A stretch of 64,000 nucleotides of DNA from Chitinophagales bacterium (GTDB lineage Bacteria; Bacteroidota; Bacteroidia; Chitinophagales; Chitinophagaceae). The notes beneath the pieces are model-generated. The model worked only from the letters and a program-made list of their open reading frames with translations, did not search any database and was not told the origin of the DNA. Positions within the stretch are counted from its first letter, which is position 1, and each line of letters starts with the position of its first letter. Made by a program: the position numbers and the translations under genes. Below, in pieces: positions 58,334-64,000 of the stretch. The DNA is taken from contig JANPJC010000283.1 of NCBI GenBank assembly GCA_031425315.1, positions 10,108 to 74,107 on the forward strand. The letters run 5' to 3'.

Positions 58334-59383
58334 TTAGATGACTTTCTTTATATAATATTTTCTTCTGAAATAAAAAGCAAGATTTACTAAAGCGATCAAT
58401 GCAGGTACTTCCACCAACGGTCCAATTACACCCGCAAAAGCCTGACCGCTGTTAATTCCGTATACCCCGATGGCAATGGCAATAGCAAGTTCAAAATTAT
58501 TTCCGGCAGATGTAAAAGCAAGTGAAGTATTTTCAGGATAGTCTGCACCGATTTTTTTGCCCATCATAAAACTGAGCACAAACATCACCACAAAATAAAT
58601 CACCAGCGGGATAGCGATCCTAACCACATCCAATGGAATGATTATAATCAGATTTCCCTTTAAACTAAACATGACAATTATCGTGAACAGTAATGCAAGC
58701 AATGTAATCGGTGAAATAAAAGGAATAAAATTTTGGTAATACCAGGCCTCACCTTTCAGTTTAATCATTACTAATCGCGTTAACATTCCAGCCGCAAATG
58801 GTACTCCCAGGTAAAGCAGTACGGACCTGGCCACCTGCAATATTGAAATATTAATTTCCATTGCCCTGATGCCGAAATATGGAGGTAACACTGTAATAAA
58901 TATCCAGGCATATACCGCATATAAAAGCACTTGGAACAAACTGTTGACAGCAACCAGTCCTGCAGCATATTCCCTGTTGCCGTCAGCCAATTCATTCCAC
59001 ACCATCACCATGGCAATACATCTTGCTATTCCGATCAACATCAGTCCTGCAAAGTATTCCGGATAATCGCGAAGAAATATCACTCCCAAAAGGAACATTA
59101 ACACGGGGCCGATCACCCAGTTGAGCGAAAGCGCCAACTGAAGCATTTTTACATTTCTGAAAACCTCGAAAATCTTTTCGTATTTCACTTTTGCCAATGG
59201 TGGATACATCATCAGTATTAATCCAATCGCTAATGGTATATTAGTTGATCCTTCACTCATTGAGCCAATCCTTTCAGGTATCTCTGGTATAAAATAACCT
59301 GCTGCCACTCCTGCAATCATCGCTAGTAAAATCCAGCCGGTAAGGTATCTGTCTAAAAACGAAAGCTTTTTCCGCGTCATCAT
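58334..59383 (-). CDS. acr3: ACR3-family arsenite efflux transporter
   Basis: N-terminal [23 protein letters not shown], 10 TM. Strong resemblance to ACR3/ArsB-type permeases. Confidence 0.85.
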   Translation of the reverse strand: MMTRKKLSFLDRYLTGWILLAMIAGVAAGYFIPEIPERIGSMSEGSTNIPLAIGLILMMYPPLAKVKYEKIFEVFRNVKMLQLALSLNWVIGPVLMFLLGVIFLRDYPEYFAGLMLIGIARCIAMVMVWNELADGNREYAAGLVAVNSLFQVLLYAVYAWIFITVLPPYFGIRAMEINISILQVARSVLLYLGVPFAAGMLTRLVMIKLKGEAWYYQNFIPFISPITLLALLFTIIVMFSLKGNLIIIIPLDVVRIAIPLVIYFVVMFVLSFMMGKKIGADYPENTSLAFTSAGNNFELAIAIAIGVYGINSGQAFAGVIGPLVEVPALIALVNLAFYFRRKYYIKKVI

Positions 59384-59437
59384 TAAATTATTTGATGTAA
59401 TGGATATATTTAATCACATTCATTTGGCTGGCCACCA

Positions 59438-60283
59438 TCAGCAACAATCAGGACCGCAGCAACTTGTTTTTACAACGAATGGCTTCTCTGCATATACAGT
59501 CACACTGAAAATTCCGGTTTTGCCTTTTTTAAAGTTCTCTATCTCTTCAGCTGATAGATATTGCGCTAAAATATCGTCAGGAATCACAATAGGCTTCTGT
59601 TTTTGAATAGTCAATTCCGAGAAACCGTTTTTTGTGATCAATGAGAGATAATCCTCTTTTTGAATAGCACCAGATACACAGCCGGCGTACATTTCTGCAT
59701 CGTGACGTAAGGCATCCGGCAAATCACCTGCCAGTACAATATCTGAAATACTGAAATGCCCACCAGGTTTTAATACCCTGAAAATTTCTTTGAATACACC
59801 ATCTTTATCAGGTACAAGATTCAACACACAATTACTCACCACCACATCGGCACTGTTTGACGACACCGGCATATTTTCAATATCACCCCGCCTGAATTCC
59901 ACATTTGTAAATCCTGCTGCCACTGCATTTTTTCTCGCCAGTGCAATCATTTCAGGTGTAAAATCAATACCTATCACCTGGCCATTTTCACCAGCTTCTT
60001 TCCTCGCGATAAAACAATCATTTCCGGCTCCGGAACCAAGATCTATAACAGTATTACCAGCTTCTATTTTTGCGAACTGAGTCGGTAGTCCGCAGCCCAA
60101 GCCAAGGTCTGCATCTGGATTATATCCTTCCATCTGTGAATAATCATCTGTCATGATGTTATACACTTCAGTGCTGCATCCACCGGCACCGCAACACGAC
60201 GACTGATTGGTTGTTTTGTCCTGTAAAGCTATTTCACTATATTTCTGTTTAACGATCGATTTAAGCTCCAACGCTGTTTGCAT
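59438..60283 (-). CDS. arsM: arsenite S-adenosylmethionine methyltransferase ArsM (start moved to MQTALELK)
   Basis: SAM-binding VIDLGSGAGND. Conserved Cys pairs (SSCCGAGGCS, C-terminal SCCGPDCC). The longer ORF would overlap arsR. Confidence 0.8.
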   Translation of the reverse strand: MQTALELKSIVKQKYSEIALQDKTTNQSSCCGAGGCSTEVYNIMTDDYSQMEGYNPDADLGLGCGLPTQFAKIEAGNTVIDLGSGAGNDCFIARKEAGENGQVIGIDFTPEMIALARKNAVAAGFTNVEFRRGDIENMPVSSNSADVVVSNCVLNLVPDKDGVFKEIFRVLKPGGHFSISDIVLAGDLPDALRHDAEMYAGCVSGAIQKEDYLSLITKNGFSELTIQKQKPIVIPDDILAQYLSAEEIENFKKGKTGIFSVTVYAEKPFVVKTSCCGPDCC

Positions 60284-60297
60284 AACTGTGCTATTTA

Positions 60298-60325
60298 TGA
60301 TGATTGTAATATTACGATAGATCAG
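60298..60325. promoter_or_regulatory. candidate ArsR operator (imperfect palindrome TGATTGTAATATTACGATAGATCA) between arsR and arsM
   Basis: Shares the exact core AATATTACGATA with the palindrome overlapping the arsR start. Confidence 0.4.
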
Positions 60326-60336
60326 ATCAAAAAAAA

Positions 60337-60666
60337 TCAACAGCATCCATTCTTTTCTGTGTACACTACAAAAAAGCTGTTCAAAATTGTTCTGTACTGA
60401 TTCCACACTTTTTCATCAATACAATAACAAACACTCGTCCCGTCAATAGTGCCTTTTATCAACCCCACATTTTTCAATTCTTTCAGGTGCTGACTGATTG
60501 TTGCCTGGGCAAGACCAAGTTCTTCAACCAGGTCGCCGCAAATACAGGTACGTGTTTGAAGCAACTGTTGCACAATGGCGATCCGCGCAGGATGCCCAAG
60601 TGCCTTCATCATGGCAGCAAGCCTGTTTTGCTTTTCCGTGAATATCTCGGTTTTTGTCGCACCCAT
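60337..60666 (-). CDS. arsR: ArsR/SmtB-family metalloregulator
   Basis: wHTH (LAQATISQHLKELKNVGLI), metal-binding Cys (CICGD, C-terminal GCC). Confidence 0.85.
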   Translation of the reverse strand: MGATKTEIFTEKQNRLAAMMKALGHPARIAIVQQLLQTRTCICGDLVEELGLAQATISQHLKELKNVGLIKGTIDGTSVCYCIDEKVWNQYRTILNSFFVVYTEKNGCC

Positions 60667-60692
60667 ATCTATCGCAATATTACGATATATCT
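60664..60692. promoter_or_regulatory. candidate ArsR operator: imperfect palindrome ATATCTATCGCAAT|ATTACGATATATCT overlapping the arsR start codon
   Basis: 11 of 14 positions are self-complementary. Lies in the 100-bp divergent region between arsR and the TIGR04283-like glycosyltransferase. Confidence 0.4.
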
Positions 60693-60765
60693 TTAAAACG
60701 CAAAATAATTTTCAAATATTTTTCGCAAAGATGAATTTATTCGTACATATTTTAGCAGCTATACC

Positions 60766-61452
60766 ATGTTGATCAGTGTTATCATACCTACATTTAATGA
60801 GGAAATGCATATCGGGAAGCTGGTGCGGTTCCTGAATGCAACTGCCGCCCATAATGAAATTGAAATTATTGTTACGGATGGTGGCAGCACTGATAATACC
60901 GTATTACTTGCAGAAGAATCAGGCGCTAAAGTTTGTACTTCTCCACTGAAAGGGCGGGCGGGTCAGATGCATTTTGCAACTACAATCGCAAAAGGCGATG
61001 TTTTTTACTTTATTCATGCCGACAGTCTGCCGCCCACCACATTCGTAGCGGATATATGTTCTGCTATCGGAAATGGTTATACGATTGGCAGGTATAAAAC
61101 TGCATTCCGATCTCACAATCTGCTTTTGAAAATCAATCAGTGGTTCACCAGATTTGACTGGCTGATCTGTATGGGCGGCGATCAGAGTCTGTTTGTCGAA
61201 AAAAACCTTTATTATCTTGCCGGCGGGTTTGATACGTCTTTAGTTATCATGGAAGAATATTATTTTGGATTGAAAGCGAGGGTGCTGGGAAAATACATCA
61301 TACTTAATGGAACGGTTTCCGTTTCTGCCAGAAAATATATTAACAACAGTTGGCTTAGTGTACAATATGCTAACTATAAAGCCTTCAGTATGTTTAAGCA
61401 AGGGAAACCCAATGCAGAGATAAACGCATTGTACAGGCGTTTACTGAAGTAA
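60766..61452 (+). CDS. family-2 glycosyltransferase of the arsenosugar-biosynthesis type (TIGR04283-like)
   Basis: LISVIIPTFNEE...TDGGSTDNT GT2 motif. Position in the ArsS cluster. Confidence 0.65.
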   Translation: MLISVIIPTFNEEMHIGKLVRFLNATAAHNEIEIIVTDGGSTDNTVLLAEESGAKVCTSPLKGRAGQMHFATTIAKGDVFYFIHADSLPPTTFVADICSAIGNGYTIGRYKTAFRSHNLLLKINQWFTRFDWLICMGGDQSLFVEKNLYYLAGGFDTSLVIMEEYYFGLKARVLGKYIILNGTVSVSARKYINNSWLSVQYANYKAFSMFKQGKPNAEINALYRRLLK

Positions 61453-61456
61453 TACT

Positions 61457-62065
61457 TTACATTAACAATCCTAATGTGGTCTTCCATTGTTCAGGCAAAT
61501 CATCAATAGTATCCACATCACGCAAAACGGGCAATAAAAAATAACTCAATTGCTGCGCTTTAATCAGCTTAATTGTCTGATCTAAAACTTCACCGCTACT
61601 CCAGCTGATATTTGTAAACAACGGCCTGAGCTGATTTCTCATTCCCAGTAAATAATAACCGCCATCCACTGCTGGTCCGATCACAACATCGTTACACTCT
61701 AACTGATTGAATGCTGACTCAATCAAATTGGATTGTAATTCCATACAGTCACTCCCGATAATACAAACTTGTTGAAATCCGTTTTGAAATAAATCTGTGA
61801 AAGCTGATTCCATTTTATCTCCCAGATCACCGTCAGCTTGAATACGCTTAATAAAAATATTGCTATCAAATAAATCTTCATCTTCAGCTTTGTCAGCATA
61901 ATAAACAAATCGTTCAAGCTGGAGATCAGCTGTGATCTGCATTGTATGATTAAGCAGAAGTTGATAGATGGCTAACGCTGCACCATCTCCCACCACCGAG
62001 CCTATTCGGGTTTTCACTTTACCTAATTCAGCATTTCTTACAAATATGATGAGGGCTTTCTTCAT
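61457..62065 (-). CDS. DUF2064 glycosyltransferase-like protein (TIGR04282-like, arsenosugar cluster)
   Basis: KALIIFVRNAELGKVKTRI...IIGSDCMEL...GPAVDGGYYLLG, typical of DUF2064. Confidence 0.65.
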   Translation of the reverse strand: MKKALIIFVRNAELGKVKTRIGSVVGDGAALAIYQLLLNHTMQITADLQLERFVYYADKAEDEDLFDSNIFIKRIQADGDLGDKMESAFTDLFQNGFQQVCIIGSDCMELQSNLIESAFNQLECNDVVIGPAVDGGYYLLGMRNQLRPLFTNISWSSGEVLDQTIKLIKAQQLSYFLLPVLRDVDTIDDLPEQWKTTLGLLM

Positions 62066-63121
62066 TTACTCAATTATAGCTCCACCGCATCCAGAACCCG
62101 CACCCGCTGTACATCCGTAGCAATGCTGATTCACAACAATATTCCGGCTCAACAATTTTTCAGGATTATAATCTGAGATATGATCTACAGTGCTGTCTAC
62201 TTTTAACTCAAGCATCTGGTTAAAATCACAATCATATAAATAGCCATCCCACCCCACCGATAGAGTGTTCCGGCACATCAACCCTTGTATGGCTGCCGGA
62301 TTAAATGCATCTAACAATTTCTGCATATATTTTTCATAATTGCCGCTTTCGAGCAAATACTCGAGGTACCTGCTCACCGGCATGTTGGTTATAGTAAGCA
62401 GTTGATTGAATTCAATATCAAAATCTTTTTTCAAAGAATGTTTAAATTCATTTTCCAACAATAGTTGCGCTGCAGGTAAAAACGCACCGGCTGGATTATA
62501 AACCAATTTTAGTACCAATCCCGAACCTTCTTTACCATATCCCACCTCATTCAACATTTTCAAAGCCTTTATACTTTCTTCAAAAACACCAGTTCCCCGC
62601 TGACTGTCTGTACGCGCTTTTGTATAGAATGGAAGCGACGATACGACTTCCACATTATGTTGTTTAAAAAATTCCGGCAAATCATTGTACTTTTTATTGG
62701 CCACTATTATAGTAAGATTACACCTTACAATAATGTGCCGGTTAAGCGAAAACACCTGTTCAACAAACCAACGGAAATCAGGATTCATTTCAGGTGCACC
62801 ACCTGTAAGGTCTACGGTGGTAAGACCAGGATTTTTTTTCAAACTTTCAATACAAAATCCCATCACCTCTCTGCGCGTAATTTCTTTCCTGTCGGGCCCT
62901 GCATCAACATGACAATGGCGGCAAACCTGGTTACACATCTTACCCATATTGATTTGCAGTATGGATGTACTAACCGGGGTGAGCGGGAACCGTCCATGTT
63001 TCATCAACATTTCATCAAATGCCGGAATCGTTTGACCGTTACCGTGAATACCATGCTCCAGCACTTCTAGTTGTTCAGTACTTTCTGCTAATTTATTTCC
63101 CTTCGCTTTTGAAGATTTCAT
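62066..63121 (-). CDS. arsS: arsenosugar biosynthesis radical SAM protein ArsS
   Basis: CNQVCRHC radical-SAM cluster motif and C-terminal Cys-rich tail CYGCTAGAGSGCGG characteristic of ArsS (TIGR04167). Confidence 0.8.
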   Translation of the reverse strand: MKSSKAKGNKLAESTEQLEVLEHGIHGNGQTIPAFDEMLMKHGRFPLTPVSTSILQINMGKMCNQVCRHCHVDAGPDRKEITRREVMGFCIESLKKNPGLTTVDLTGGAPEMNPDFRWFVEQVFSLNRHIIVRCNLTIIVANKKYNDLPEFFKQHNVEVVSSLPFYTKARTDSQRGTGVFEESIKALKMLNEVGYGKEGSGLVLKLVYNPAGAFLPAAQLLLENEFKHSLKKDFDIEFNQLLTITNMPVSRYLEYLLESGNYEKYMQKLLDAFNPAAIQGLMCRNTLSVGWDGYLYDCDFNQMLELKVDSTVDHISDYNPEKLLSRNIVVNQHCYGCTAGAGSGCGGAIIE

Positions 63122-63130
63122 TACGACATT

Positions 63131-63466
63131 TTACATTGCAATTTCTTTCACCTTATTCATCATCTGTACACCATGTACCAATGAAGAACCTCCACGGATA
63201 GCAGCTGCAACATGTACAGCCTCCATCATTTGTTCCTTGCTCCAGCCTTTTTCAAATGCATCATTACTATATGCATCAATACAATACGGACATTGAACTG
63301 TGTGAGCCACTGCCAAAGCGATTAATGATTTTTCCCTGGCGGTAAGGTCCCCTTCTTCGAAAACTTTACCATACCATTCAAAAAATTTATCACCCATCGC
63401 TTTTTGAAATTCTGTTATACTCCCGAATTTGCCGAGATCTTCGGCATTGTAATAATGATTTGACAT
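63131..63466 (-). CDS. AhpD/carboxymuconolactone-decarboxylase-like 'arsenosugar biosynthesis-associated peroxidase-like' protein (start moved to MSNHYY)
   Basis: CMD-fold with HTVQCPYCIDAY CxxC motif. Adjacent to arsS. Confidence 0.65.
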   Translation of the reverse strand: MSNHYYNAEDLGKFGSITEFQKAMGDKFFEWYGKVFEEGDLTAREKSLIALAVAHTVQCPYCIDAYSNDAFEKGWSKEQMMEAVHVAAAIRGGSSLVHGVQMMNKVKEIAM

Positions 63467-63470
63467 AAAA

Positions 63471-63986
63471 TTATTGATAATGGTTAAGGTATAAAGTCCA
63501 GTCATATTCTTTAAACCGCACAACAGGATTCGCATCTGCTTTGATGATGCCTAATTTTTTTATTAAGCTTACCATTTTTTTCTTACCCCCAAAATCATTC
63601 CTGAACCAGCTCATAATGGCGGGGAGATACAGGATATTTGCGGTACTATCATATATCACTTCTGCGCTGAGGTATGCCCTTTCGGCCAAACCCAGTTGCC
63701 TGTTTATATTTTCAGGTTCATAAAATGCAATAGGAGGGCAACTTTTTGCCCCGCAATTTAATGCAAAATGAATCCGATAATCAGTTCGTGCCACCCGTTC
63801 TGCTTTTTCCCTTTTACTTTTAAGTAGCTTCTTAAAATATCCCCCACTCCATTTCACTGCAGATCTTCTCAATATGCCGTGCTCAATATCGTCAAGACTG
63901 TACAAATGTCCGCCAATATTAATTGCAGGATTTTTAAAAAATTTTCCTCTTTTTTTGTATAGGTTTGAGTCAGCTTTTAACATCAC
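63471..63986 (-). CDS. DUF547 domain protein (5' end may extend beyond the first ATG or the window edge)
   Basis: HFALNCGAKSCPP motif typical of DUF547. Confidence 0.55.
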   Translation of the reverse strand: MMLKADSNLYKKRGKFFKNPAINIGGHLYSLDDIEHGILRRSAVKWSGGYFKKLLKSKREKAERVARTDYRIHFALNCGAKSCPPIAFYEPENINRQLGLAERAYLSAEVIYDSTANILYLPAIMSWFRNDFGGKKKMVSLIKKLGIIKADANPVVRFKEYDWTLYLNHYQ

Positions 63987-64000
63987 CTGTGTATAGGCAT

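Noticed and set aside
59438-60406. Long version of arsM starting at MESVQ (60406), which would overlap arsR by 70 bp
   Set aside because: The extension is non-conserved-looking (MESVQNNFEQLFCSVHRKEWMLLIFF...) and overlaps arsR. MQTALELK at 60283 gives a normal ArsM N-terminus and leaves room for the second palindrome.

Overview
This 64-kb window looks like chromosomal DNA from a Bacteroidota genome, probably Chitinophagia- or Sphingobacteriia-like. The evidence is several T9SS C-terminal sorting domains, a GloVer-repeat giant protein, a TonB-dependent receptor, and a Bacteroidetes-type 'MPINRNALIRYRTIDRCL' N-terminus on a WYL regulator. I can support about 55 CDS. They include an ECF sigma/anti-sigma operon, a CrtI-like oxidoreductase, a Tat aldo/keto reductase, GH63-like and GH5 hydrolases, and a uxuA/FucP sugar-acid locus flanked by decayed alcohol-dehydrogenase and AraC pseudogenes. 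Further along are RtcB, slipin, and a WYL regulator + RIC + PAS kinase + REC/cNMP/Crp regulator + DUF1003 module, followed by a PfkB kinase and a P-type ATPase. The right end is an arsenic island: arsR-arsM-acr3-metallophosphoesterase-rhodanese, plus a divergent ArsS-type arsenosugar cluster (radical SAM ArsS, two glycosyltransferases, AhpD-like protein, DUF547). I found no rRNA, no CRISPR array, no recognisable transposase or integrase, and no tRNA I could fold. There are only degenerate tRNA-like fragments at 47.0-47.1 kb. The most unusual content is non-coding. At least 10 intergenic loci, each 90 bp to 1 kb, are built from a modular repeat family. Its modules are variable tandem heptamer arrays that abut gene stop codons and carry stops in all three frames, a conserved GAACAGCCAATACAG core, and long hairpin-forming units containing CTCCGTTAAACTCCGTGGCC. 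Some copies form complete elements with inverted heptamer+core termini, and one copy supplies the C-terminus and stop of a truncated gene. Two other repeat families are present: a 133-bp tandem array and a GGTGTCAGACACC inverted-repeat element found twice. All calls come from reading the sequence and ORF translations by eye, and no searches were run.
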